Shown: positions 36,479 to 47,661, counted from the first letter of the stretch. The stretch is 64,000 nucleotides of DNA from Macrostomum lignano (GCA_002269645.1 NIVC01003473.1:32142-96141), one strand, 5' to 3'. Notes: generated from the sequence alone by a model not told the origin. A program made the numbers and translations.

Positions 36479-36976
36479 ATGGAATCCGAGTCGTCTCCCT
36501 ATCTTTGGGCCGCTGCGCCGAGCGTTTGCATCAATTTGATTTCACGAAACCAGCAAGCCAAACTGGAGTCTTTTGAATTGGAGCTAGAGCGTCTGCTGGA
36601 TCGAATGCGAGCTGCTCCGACGCCGCCTAATAGCCCCATTGCCATCAGACGAATGGCCGCTGTGTCAGCGAGGACCGCCGACGAGGCCCCGTCCCTCGAC
36701 CAGGACACAGACCCCGTCACCCCAACAGACATGCCGCGTCCACTGGGAAACCCCGTGATTGGCGGCTGGAGTACCGAGGCACCGACCGGTTGTAGCATGT
36801 CTGCGGCCTCGCCACCGGGCTGCTCGACGTGCTCGAAGCAGAAGTCGGCGACTGTGACCTCTGCGAGAACCCGGCCTGGACAGAGGAGGCCGGGTTCTCC
36901 CGGGCCACCCTGGCAGTCCGCCGGCTGGCAATCTAAATTGTCAGCCGTCGTATTTGTTGTGTTTGTAGTTAATTGA
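36479..36976 (+). CDS. Orphan 165-aa ORF with TATAAAAG ~25 bp upstream
   Basis: ATG start, TATA-like box at ~36453, short coiled-coil-like segment LESFELELERLLDRMR; no recognisable family. Confidence 0.25.
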   Translation: MESESSPYLWAAAPSVCINLISRNQQAKLESFELELERLLDRMRAAPTPPNSPIAIRRMAAVSARTADEAPSLDQDTDPVTPTDMPRPLGNPVIGGWSTEAPTGCSMSAASPPGCSTCSKQKSATVTSARTRPGQRRPGSPGPPWQSAGWQSKLSAVVFVVFVVN

Positions 36977-37597
36977 TGAATTCAATTCAGTCTAGTCAGA
37001 CAGTGGAGACACTTCTGTCTCGGTCAATATATTTATAGTCAAAGCATGCACGATGTACATTACTCAATCGTTAGCTAACATTTGCACGTTAAACTAAACA
37101 CTGATTTTGCAATCACTTATCGATAGATATCAGAGCAAACTATTCAATGAGTCATCATGCAAACTAAATCTCGTTGCACTGTCACAACAGTATTCATCCG
37201 CGCCAGCCGGACTCCGGCTACCGAATGGGCTACCGCAAACGCCCTCTTCTGGCAAGCCAGGACTTGACTGGCGCAGGACGGCCCGCCGCCGCCCCAGCTG
37301 CGCACGGACCTGCAGGCATGCCGGTTGGGCTCAGGACGTCCAGCCCGCCGACCGGCTGAGACTATAGACAACGACCCGGTGCAGCTCTCGGCCAAGCGTA
37401 GACGCCGGCCCGGTCATCGGCGGAGCCCCGCTGAAATATGTTGTCATGGCTCACCGGGTCAGTTGTAGGCGCGGCCTCCCACTGACTGACAATTTTATTT
37501 TCCTTGCAGCTGGCAGACTGACAGCTTTTCAGGTAGTGCAAGTATTCTCAAGCATAAATGTATCGTGGCACGTGGCACGTGGTAAACCACATTTCCC

Positions 37598-37879
37598 TAG
37601 TGCTAGCTGATTGAGGTTGAAGCTCTGGAACTCGAAGGGGCTGGAATGGTGATGTCCATTGAAGGCTCGGTGGTTCACGAAGACCATCATAATGAACTTC
37701 AACAGTTTGTCATGGGTGAATTCTTCTATGTTTTTTGACTGAATTCCCTAGGATAGAATAAAGTTTTGCATTTCGGTGCACTTGATGGGGTAAAGTGCGT
37801 TCTGATTAGTCAGTCCCTGTACATGCGCCAGGCTTATGTGAGGCGCCACTTTGACTCGTCGAAGGTTCAGAATGTAGTC
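37598..37879 (-). pseudogene. Polinton/Maverick (adintovirus-like) major capsid protein fragment, one frameshift
   Basis: Manual translation: LNLRRVKVAPHISLAHVQGLTNQNALYPIKCTEMQNFIL/PRGIQSKNIEEFTHDKLLKFIMMVFVNHRAFNGHHHSSPFEFQSFNLNQLAL, matching the MCP pattern RKVKxxP..LAH..L...NAxYPI..E...F.IPxG.QS...FV.N.AFNG....PF.F..FNL. Confidence 0.78.
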
Positions 37880-37893
37880 CCATCCCATCCCAT

Positions 37894-38139
37894 CCCATCC
37901 CATGGCACTCTGACAACGAACCAGAGTTAGGCCACGACCCGACCATTGTTTCGGTGTCGCTGGGAGCCCAGAGAGACTTCCAGCTTCGAACTAAGGGCCA
38001 GAGTCAGAATATAGTCTACTCGCAGAGGCTTGCCAGTGGTAGCATCACGATAATGAGTGGGGCTACGCAACGGTTCTTGCAACACTCAATCACAAAGGAC
38101 CTCAAAGTTAAGGAACCTCGAATTAATTTAACATTCAGA
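37894..38139 (+). pseudogene. AlkB-family (ALKBH2/3-like) 2OG-Fe(II) dioxygenase, C-terminal half
   Basis: IPWHSDNEPELGHDPTIVSVSLGAQRDF...SGSITIMSGATQRFLQHSITK...PRINLTFR: HxD (37906-37914), distal His (38083), RxNxTxR. N-terminal half missing; sequence begins at a (CCCAT)n run. Confidence 0.9.
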
Positions 38140-38146
38140 GTCACTA

Positions 38147-39480
38147 GTGATAACAGAATCTTCAACTCACCAGCTTCTAAGCCTGCCAATCCTTGCGTCC
38201 AGCTTCCTGAAGAGGCCATCACCTGCTACCTCGATGACGCTGAGTCAGTTCGCCGTAGGGCCAGGCCATGAAAACATTAGCAAAATTAGATCACGTTCCA
38301 GCAGTAACTCAGGGCGAAAAGCCAAATCCGACCAAACAGACCAAACTCAACCAGCCAATCGGCGGTCTCAACCAGTTAATCAGCAATCTAAACCTAACAC
38401 TCAGCAGTCAGAATCTCAGAAGGTAGCTACTCAGCAGTCAAAGCCAAACATTCAGCAGCCAAACGCAGCCAATCAGCACACACAATCAGGCACTCAGCAA
38501 CATCCGTCAAACACCCAGCAGAATCATGCAGCCAATCGGCACTCACAATCAGGCACCCAACAATCACTAGCAGCCACTCAGTCAGGCACTTCAGCAGTCA
38601 CAACAAGTCACTCAGCAATCACCACAAGGCTTACAGCAAACACAACGAGAGACGCAGCAGACACAATCAACCAACCAACAAACTAATTTCGCAAACCAGA
38701 CTCGACAGCCAGCTACGGCTTGCATTGTGAATTCCGAGCAGACAGCTAAACCTAAGCATCCAGACACTCAGCAATCAAGCACCCACATTCAGCAGCCTAA
38801 TAGCTACCATCTGCCAGCAACTCAGCAATCAACCACTCGCACTCAGCAGCCAAGCACACACACTTAGCAGCCACAAGCACGCACTCAGCAGCCAAGCTCA
38901 CAACAATCTAATAATTCTAAATTAACTAAAATTACGCCAGTTGTATTTGAGATGCCCTTTGAGGCCAAGAAATTCGAATATTTCTTAAAAACAAACTTTC
39001 CTAACACGCATCGTGTCAGTAAAAGAGCTGTATCATAGCTCAGGATACTACGTGTATACTAATTCTCCACACGATATGAACAACTTATTGACAGCAACAC
39101 TAAAAGTTAACGAAATTAATGGACACACTGTCACTAGGCGCCTGCCGTCAAACAGGCCACTGCACCAAGGCGATGATCGGCTGCGTAAGCCCCTTAAATC
39201 GCCGCAGGTCCGCTCCTTCATTGTCAAAGGTGTTCCTCCGGCCGTGGAAGCCGAGGAACTGCTGCAATATTTAGATGAAAATCAGGCACATTTTCAATTC
39301 GACGGTGCGGTACGCATTGTCTCGAAGGCCTCAGGCCAACCGACACTTCTCATCAGGATGTTTACAAAGTCAAGGGCAACTTACGACACCTGCCTGGAGA
39401 ACGGCATTAAGCTTGGAGCATTGAAACTCCGGTGCGAAGAATCGCACAATCTTCCGCCGGTCAAGGAAGCTCAGTGCCAC
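38147..39480 (+). mobile_element. Decayed non-LTR retrotransposon ORF1 (Q/S/T/N-rich linker + RRM-like gag domain, truncated at the first zinc knuckle)
   Basis: SFIVKGVPPAVEAEELL...VRIVSKASGQPTLLIRMF...LENGIKLG...RCEE...PVKEAQC; frameshifts near 38150, 38690 and 39015; no ORF2 follows. Confidence 0.75.
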
Positions 39481-39643
39481 AGCTTCCTTGTACACACGAT
39501 TGTACACACGCAGCCACTGACTTCTTATTCAAAAATGTCGATAATATAATCACGTGAATAGCAACACTCGCCTCTCAAGTCAATCAATTAAACTAAAATA
39601 ACTAAAATAGAGTGGTCAGGGGGTTGTTGCGCAACTCAGTAGT

Positions 39644-39749
39644 TATAATAACTTCAAGTGCACAAGTCCTACACTCGTAAATCCTACACTCCTTCACTCA
39701 GTATAGTACTGAAGTAGCGTGTAGGACTTGTGCACTTGAAGTTATTATA
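39644..39749. mobile_element. 106-bp palindromic mini-element with perfect 31-bp inverted arms ending in TA
   Basis: TATAATAACTTCAAGTGCACAAGTCCTACAC (39644-39674) / GTGTAGGACTTGTGCACTTGAAGTTATTATA (39719-39749). Confidence 0.75.
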
Positions 39750-40085
39750 CTCGTTAGATGAGTAAGCAACGTAGCTCTGCGTTTGAAATAAAAAATAAAA
39801 TACATCGATCGATTCGGCGACAGCTCTGAAACTTCCTCAGTTGTGCCTCACGCTGCAAGTTTATCAGTTTCCCAATTTTACATTTTTCAAAAAAAATTTA
39901 CTCTCGACTCATCTTATTTGTTTTCATTTAATTTTCACTTTTTTCATTTAATTTTCTTTTTTTTAATTTCTCGTTTGATTTCATCTTCTTCCAATGAATT
40001 ACTTCTTCAGTGGCTTCTCTCCATACCCATCGATGTTTTTTTCCACACCCCTATACAACTGTCAACTGCAACTGCAACGGCACGA

Positions 40086-40161
40086 TAGGCAACAGCCTCA
40101 AGAGCAGCAGCAGCAGCATCAGCAGCAGCAGCAGCAGCATCAGCAGCAGCAGCAGCAGCAT

Positions 40162-40197
<36 letters not shown>

Positions 40198-40228
40198 CTG
40201 CAGCAGCAGCAGCAGCAACAACAGCAGG
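40086..40228 (+). repeat. (CAG)n microsatellite, left part of a tract split by two LINE insertions
   Basis: Direct reading; the tract continues at 40908-40945 and 42724-42785. Confidence 0.95.
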
Positions 40229-40237
40229 AGAAGGAGC

Positions 40238-40896
40238 TACACGCCGCCGCCAACAGTATAGCCATCCTCACAGACAGCCTCAGCGCCCTGTCGGCACTGG
40301 CTCGCGGCCCGGCCGACCAGCGTAATGCTGCCGGGTACGCCTGCTGGGACACCATCGCGAGAGCCAGTTACTCCAAGGTCTACTTCGGATGGGTACCTGG
40401 CCACTGCCAGATTGCCGGCAACGAAGCGGCCGACAGAGCGGCGGCTATGGCAGCTACCCTTCCGCAGAGCGAAGCTGCCATCACGTTAGACTCCGCGAGG
40501 GCCGCTATCCGCCGCGATCGCCGACGCCGCGACGCAGAGCCTACCAACCAGCCGTCACCCACCGACACCACCCGCAATCGACGCGAGCAGGTGTTGGTTA
40601 ATCAACTCAGAGCGGGCGTCTCTACCATCTGCGCCGCCACCCGCCAACGTCTCGGTCTCCAAGAGGACGACAAGTGTAGTGACTGCGGCGCGGTGGACAC
40701 GGCCGACCACCTCCTCCGCCGCTGCCCAAGAGGTGACGCCGCCAGAGCCCGCTACTTCGGCGTCGAGGACCCCCTATCGGCGCCGACCGGCCGGATCATC
40801 GCGTTCGTACGTGCTGTGGGGCGCCTGAGCCCCCGCCAATATTGACGCCGAAGCGTCAACGGCGTGCCGGGAAACAGAAGAAGAAGAAGAAGAAGA
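40238..40896 (+). mobile_element. 5'-truncated Ingi/I-group LINE A (RNase H C-terminus + CCHC), (GAA)n tail
   Basis: AILTDSLSAL, WVPGHCQIAGNEAADRAA, CSDCGAVDTADHLLRRC; TSD AGGAGAAGGAGC at 40226-40237 and 40897-40908. Confidence 0.88.
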
Positions 40897-40903
40897 AGGA
40901 GAA

Positions 40904-40945
<42 letters not shown>

Positions 40946-40949
40946 ACGC

Positions 40950-42777
40950 TGGGGAGCGGTGAGCTCCCCAGCGTTATTCCTCCTTTACGCAAACGGCTGG
41001 AACGGCCTCACCGAGCAGGGCGTAGAATATGGCGGCTTTGCCGACGACCTCGCCATCTGGGCCTCTGGTACCGTGTACTCGGAGATCAGAGATACCATCC
41101 AGAGAGCGCTGTTTAAGATCGAGAGGTGGGCCAAAGAGCTGAAGATAGAGCTAAATCCAACCAAATGCGAATGCTGTATTTTTAGTACATCTCCTAAGGA
41201 CAAGTCTGCTGTCACGGGACTCACGATCGCCGGCCGCACTATCGCCACTGTGAGGAAACTCAAATACCTGGGTATCACCATCGATGGCGGCTTAACGTTC
41301 GCGGCTCATACGGAGGCCGTGCTAAACAAAATGAAACGCAGAGTTAAGCTATCCGTGTCCTGGCTAATACCAGCTGGGGCTGGAGGACCGAGGATCTCCT
41401 GTTGATCTACAAAAGTATCGTTGAGAGTTGTATCTGGTACTGCGCCCCAGCGTGGCTCCCCTGGCTGTCCAACACTAGCTTTGAAAAACTCGAACGCGCT
41501 CAGAGAGAATGCCTCCGTCTAGCTGCGGGACTGGTGCGTTCCACCCCCATTGAAGCGGTGTACGTGGAGACTAATATCGAGCCGATCCGCTTTCAAGCGC
41601 GCAAAAGGGCGATGCTGGCCTGGGAAAAGGCCACCAGAGCCCCAGAGGAAGACCCGCTCAGGGAGTGTAGTGAAAAAACCGGAAACCGCAGACTTCAGGC
41701 GAACAAAGGGTGGAGGGAGCAGGCCAGAGAGGAATGCCTGAGGAGGTCGACCCACCCCAGAGAGAGCTTTATCAGAAAGAGACACCCGCCGTGGAGACGG
41801 CTACATTTGGACGGCGTCGTGATCGCTACGGAGCTTATTCGCGGAGGAAAGAAGGGTGACAGCAACCTCGCCGCAGAGACAATCGACACCATTAACGCCT
41901 GGGGCGAATTCGAATTGTCAATCTACACGGATGGGTCTGTTGGAGAAGGGCAGCGGAAGGGTGGTGCAGCTTGTGTCGTGTACGTTGACACGGAGAGACG
42001 CGTCAAGAAAGCGGCGGCCGGGGAGTGGTGCAGCTCCCTGGTAGCGGAGGAGCGAGCCCTGGAGCTGGCACTGGATACCATTGCGGAGGCCAAGCCGCGA
42101 AATGCCATCATCCTGGCGGACTGTAAATCGGCCCTCCTCAAGCTCAGCAGCGAGAAAGCTACCCAGGACACCACGTCGTACCGCCTGATCAGTAGACTCC
42201 GTGAGATTAGCCAAGTTACCAGAGTGGTGCTGCAGTGGGTACCCGGTCATGTTGGTGTCGCGGGCAACGAGGATGTCGACCAGGAGGCTAAGGAAGCAGC
42301 GGCTCTACCGCAGGACGACGTCCCCGTCAAGTGGAACTGTGTAAAGGCAGCCATCAGGAAGGAGCCGGCGCCCCCGCCCTCTGATGAGCGTCTCCGTAGG
42401 GTCTACAAGCACAAAATTAACAAATGCGCTGAAAATCGTAGCACGGAGACCACACTCGCCCAACTCAGATGTGGTCAATGCAAGAAGACGGCCTACTGGC
42501 GACAAAAAATCGGTGCTGAGGCAAAGGCGAGTTGTCAGGACTGCGGTGAGGAAGAGGACAAGGACCACTGGGTGTGGTGCGACAGGTGGCATAAGGAGAG
42601 GGCGCGTTTTGGTATTCATGGTCTGGAGGATCTGGGAGATGAAGGGAAGGTGCTAGGGTTCCTGAAGTGCACGCACCCTGAGTGGGTGCAATGAGGGAAC
42701 CCGCCCAGCCGAAGACACACACACAGCAGCAGCAGCAGAAGCAACAGCAGCAGCAGCAGTTGAAGATGAAGAAGCAG
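40950..42777 (+). mobile_element. 5'-truncated Ingi-like LINE B (RT domains, RNase H, CCHC), one frameshift near 41345
   Basis: SSPALFLLY, GFADDLAIW, LNPTKCE, KYLGITID, WYCAPAWLPWLS..LERAQRECLR...STPIEA, IYTDGS, SLVAEERAL, ILADCKSAL, WVPGHVGVAGNEDVD, CQDC..DHWVWC; stop at 42694; CA/CAG tail; TSD CAGCAGCAACGC at 40938-40949 and 42778-42789. Confidence 0.92.
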
Positions 42778-43067
42778 CAGCAGCAACGCGGTCGCTACGA
42801 TCTACGAAGCGTGATCAATCTAAGAAAAAAACGTCGTCTTGAGAGACAAGCGATGTTACAATTTATGAAAAGCGTAAGTTAACTTTTTAATCTCTCATGC
42901 CTAATTTGGGCTCTATAAAAACTTGTAGAACTTTGTAATCTAGTCTATAATAAGCGAGTCTATTAAGAAAGTAAGGACTTTGAATTTGTTCACTAACTGT
43001 AGTCGCTGAAAAAGTCTTTTGTATCCGCAGAAGTGAAAGAATTACACATATAAAATTTACAGGTGCT

Positions 43068-43130
43068 ATGTGCTTCTACTGCCTGAAAGTAGGGCGTAAG
43101 GTAGCGGACTGCCGGCGCGCTGCTAACGCA
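43068..43130 (+). pseudogene. Degenerate gag-type zinc knuckle (CFYCLKVGRKVADC)
   Basis: CX2CX4[H>R]X4C spacing only. Confidence 0.35.
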
Positions 43131-45639
43131 GCCTCTGCTGCTTCAAGGGCCACGACGGCCACTGCTGCCAATCCAGCCACTAAGCCCGCTGGAGTCGCTG
43201 CTGACGACGTACATTTAGCTGCTGATGACAGCGGCGTCGCTGCTGTTGAATTGCTTGAATAGCAATGTACTTGTGTGACAGGGCTAATAGAAAGTTGTCG
43301 TTCATTACGTGAAGTGATTGATTGCGACTATTTATTACTAATTATTCAATGAATCAAGGGAGTTTACTAACGTGCGCCAGTAATTCACTGAAAGCTCTTG
43401 CACATGCGAAAACGATTAGGTTAACGTATTTTTGTGCCAGGAGGCCCATCTGTTGTTTTAATGCACTCTTTCAGCGGGTATATAAATACCGCGCGCACCA
43501 ATTTGAATGGCTGGACCTTGATTCCTGATCGTGAGCCTGATCTCGATCTTGAGCTCTCTTTTTCGCTCTCGCTCTCCCGGTTGCACTGAGTTTGCAACGT
43601 AGCCCGGACTGTGTGCTCCCGATAGTGATTGACTTTGTAAGATCGGCCCAGTGTGCCGGATTAACTAATAGTTCATGGCTAGTTATTAGCAAATGTCGAG
43701 TCTTAGTTGAGCACGGCTCCTAAGTACTTAGTTAGCTTAGTGAACTAAATCTTAGCTCTAACAGACTGTGTTAGTAAGGACACAGGAGGCCGAGCTTATC
43801 TTTGTGTTTTTGTCTATTAATTTTGTTAAGGTTAATTATCATTTTCTGCTGGTGCGATAGTTCCAATATTTGTTAATTTATCGTTTAATAATTACAATTG
43901 ATAGTTCGTTAAGATACGGTTCAATTTAAGCTCAAGTTCTAACTCACTCTATTCAAATCTCTTTGATAGCGGTCTTGGCTCAGTCAATTTAATCATAGCT
44001 TCGATTGGTGGCAGCAACCTACCTTTCGTGACAATTATAGTTTTGGGATTGAATATCGATACATTGGGGAACGTAACTAATCAAGAAATTAGTGGCATTA
44101 CTCTATCAGACCATCTCAGGGTACCGCTCTTCGACTGGTGCAAGATAAGCAGTATCGCCTTAGGCCACGTATCTGAAAGCTACCAAAAGTTAGAATTATC
44201 TGGGAATTCGAGTCACCCGGAAATAGAGGAACAAGTCACTCCGCTCGCTAAGAGTTCGCGACCAAGAGACCCGTCTGGATTAGGTCAGGCGCTGAGTCAT
44301 AGTAGGCTTAAAGTGCGAGTGAGTCATAGTCTGCTAGCGAACAAAGACCCTAGGAACCAAGAGGCCCAGAGGAAAAACTATATTTCCGCGACCAAGAGGC
44401 CCATAGGAAATTATAGGGCACTCGAGCCAAGAGGTCCAATTGGATTCCGCGTCAGATTTTGTGCTCTTTGCAGACTACTCGCCAGCAGTAGCCAAATTAG
44501 CGTTAGTCGTTCGTTCGTAGTTAATATATTAAATAACACCGGTTGGGTTAGCAAAACGCATATCCATTAACGAGGTAGAGGCCGTCTACACTTGTACTGG
44601 TTAATTGTTTGCCAACTACTTTCTATTTCAATCAATTAAATTTAATTTATTACTACTAAATAATAACTCAATCTATAACTAACAACTATATGCAAAACTA
44701 ATATTAAGTGAAGGAATGGTGACCAAGGACCACTAGAAGTTACCGCTAGTAGTATAATTAATCTAGTATAATTATTAATATATAAAATAATTAATGGCCA
44801 TTTAAGGAATTGAACTAATTGAAAATTGTATAATATGGAATTTATAAACTTCTATATAAAACTTTCTTGCAAAAAACTAACAAGGATTCTATCCACTATA
44901 TTATATTATGCTATACCAATCTAAACTATATATTAGGATGTTGTCCTGTAACCACTGTAAGTAATCAGCTAGATTTAATTATGAACTAGGCCTATTTCAA
45001 AACAGTAACAGAATAGAATAATCTCTAACCCTCACGCTTAGCAACCTACTAGAACTAACCAAATTCATGTACAGCTAGGGAACTGAGTCCTAGATTTTTA
45101 TTGCTTAAAAAACCCCGCCGTTGCTAACCACGCGAAGACACCCCACCGGCGGCGATGGGGAGGTCAAAAATGCGAATTGGTATAAATAGACGTCCATCTC
45201 AAACTGGAACGGCGCTTCGTTTTCTTGCGCAGTTTTCGATCTCAAATTGCTCCCTTTGAATTGGTCTCTGGATTATCCAGTCGGCACAAATCTAAGTCTT
45301 CAATATAATCATTTGTCTTAATTGCCGCGCAGAGCAAATCCTAGAGAGACTCAAACTCAGCTTAGATACTAGGAGATCCCGTCGGTTTATACGGTTTTCT
45401 CTGACGGCCTGATTGGAGAAATTAGAGCTGTACAAACCTTAGACCGCTAGACATCTATCTTAAAAAAGTGAGAACACAAACTCAAAGGCCCCGGGGATAA
45501 ACGCGTATAACCTCTGCCAGATGCGGGTTTACCACATCCGACACCGTTTGACAGGCATCGGCTGAGGCAAATGGACCCGACGCTGACCCAGCCAGAGTCC
45601 TGGTGACCATCTCAATCACCAATTGAACTGTTGCAGGCA

Positions 45640-47513
45640 CCAGCCCACTTACCAGTACTTGAATGTCAATTGCAGGATGTTGGACCGGGTCTGGTTGTCG
45701 GCCGGAAGTGCGCTCTGGGTAGGAGCTGAGACTGGCGGTGGCAGCGGCGGCGGCGGTAGCGCTGAGTCGGCAGTTTGTTGGCGTTGGCGTTCGAGCTCCG
45801 TCTCCGCAGCCTCACGGCAGCGGCTTGTCTGGTGGCGGAGTCGCGCATTTTGTTGGCGTGGCTGGTGGTTCTGTAGGCCTCTCCAAAGTTGACGCAATGC
45901 GGCTCCTCCGGTCTGGGGCAGTCTTTCCAGTGGTGAGTTCAGAACAGATCCGGCAGGCAATGCCCCCCTCGCATACTCGTGCCGAGTGTCCAAAGGCCTG
46001 GCATCGCTGGCATTGCTACTCTCTCACTGGTGTCATCGTGCGGCTCACCTCGCAAGGGTAGTGGCAGAAGTCCGTTGAGATGCCGTCAGCAACGCACCGT
46101 GCCGCCAGGGAAGGGACTCGTCATTGGTGAAGGCACTAAGCATTTGGGTCGAATACCCAGTGTTTTTTTATCTGATTCTTCAGACGCTCTCGATGTTGAG
46201 CCCGAGGTCGCCTTTGAGCATCTGCAGGAATCCGGCCTCCTGAATGTTGGTCGGGACGTCGCGGATGACAAAGGTCACATGGGATCTTTTTCCTTGCTGT
46301 ACTTGGTTGACCTTAGTCTGTTGGTCAGCACTGACGCTGTTGTTAAGAAGTGGCCTGGCCCTGGGAGCGGCCTGGTGACTAGTTCGTCGCCTAGCAACGG
46401 CACTCTTAGTTCACCGTGTAGCAAAATCTCGTGATTTCGAGTCGTGACCGGTGTCAACACAAAGCCGGTGCCGTTAGCCAAGGGCTTAGTTTGGATGGTT
46501 AGTTTGGATTAGTTTGGATGGAACCTTGGAAGTTTGCTGCCAGCCACTCCAGAAACTTCAGCTGGTCACCAGCCGCGTCAGCGTCTACTTCAAAGACTGG
46601 TGTGGCTTCGGAGGTTTGCCTAGTTGGAGGAGGACGAGGTGCTATGGTCACGCTCGCGTATGACCGGAAGTCACCGCCTGGAGTCGCTGCCGCTGCTGTT
46701 GCCACGCCAACGCTGTTCCGGAACGCTGTCGTCGCCGTGCCGTCGCCTTCGCCGCCGCAGCCGCCTCGTCGTTGTCGTCAACAGCCATGGACGTAGGACC
46801 ATTGTTCGCTTCGCTAGTGACACGGAGTGAGACTCGTACACCTTCTTGCTTCCTGCATTCTGGCACAGAGTACTGGCAGTGCTGCTGCGTAGATCCAGAC
46901 ATGAGGATTACAGAGCCTGGTGTGGTCCTAAATTTTGATCCAGAAAGACCTGATCGCGCCCAAAGAGAAAGGAGACTGTGGCGATGTAGGGACGCTGGCC
47001 AATCTCGGGTTCATTGTCGGCGTGAAGGAATCCTTTCTGATGCCGTAGTGTAGAAGTTAACTAGGCATGAGTTAAATTCTGGTGCTGGGAGGTTGGCTTT
47101 GTTGATGAGGAATCGCTTAATTTTTTCTACTACAGGGGGCCAGTTATTGTTAGGCTAGAGCGGAACACCCAAATAAGAGTACTGCGGCCCATACCAGTAG
47201 ACCAGGCGGCGCTCATGTTGGCGGTGCTTAAAAGCTAGAGGCAGGACATCCTGGATGAGTTGTTGGTAGCAGTCGTCAGCCACTGACTGCAGCATGTTAG
47301 TGAAGCACTTGATCCGAGCGTCGTGTCTGTACCGTATTTTTCAGCCTCCGTGACATCCGGGGAGTCCGGGAACTGAAGGTGAGTAGTCGGTCCGGATGCA
47401 TTCTGCAGGACCATGTCGTCCATTGCAGCGATCGCCTCGGTGAAGCCATCTTCCTTACGACTTCTTTTGCTCGTCGGTTGCGATGATTTGTTGTTCGAAT
47501 CTTGATTGGACAT
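45640..47513 (-). mobile_element. Decayed non-LTR retrotransposon ORF1 (RRM-like + CCHC knuckles), same general type as 38930-39480
   Basis: Manual translation: TFVIRDVPTNIQEAGFL...IESV*RIR*KNTGYSTQML...DGISTDFCHYPCEVSRTMTPVRE*QCQRCQAFGHSARVC; N-terminus MSNQDSNNK at 47513; multiple stops and frameshifts. Confidence 0.75.
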
Positions 47514-47622
47514 TATACTATGAAAAATAAAACTATAACTATAAAACTAATAATCTGGTAGCGATGCTCGTTTAATAAGTAATAGAAAATGAAGGTTAAC
47601 ACCAACATACAAGTAAATTTAT

Positions 47623-47661
47623 AGTCAACGCGTTTTGACACAAGCGGTCATCTTCAGGGCT
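47623..47661 (-). ncRNA. Degenerate minimal type-I hammerhead ribozyme motif (Penelope-like)
   Basis: AGCC-CTGAAGA-TGACCGCTTGTGTC-AAAA-CGCG-TT-GACT; conserved GAAA reads AAAA, so likely inactive. Confidence 0.45.

Noticed and set aside
43400-44570. LTR-like segment (TATATAAATA at ~43478, TGGTGGCAGC PBS-like at ~44005) and a 180-aa ORF
   Set aside because: No second LTR, TSD or recognisable gag/pol motif; cannot be supported.
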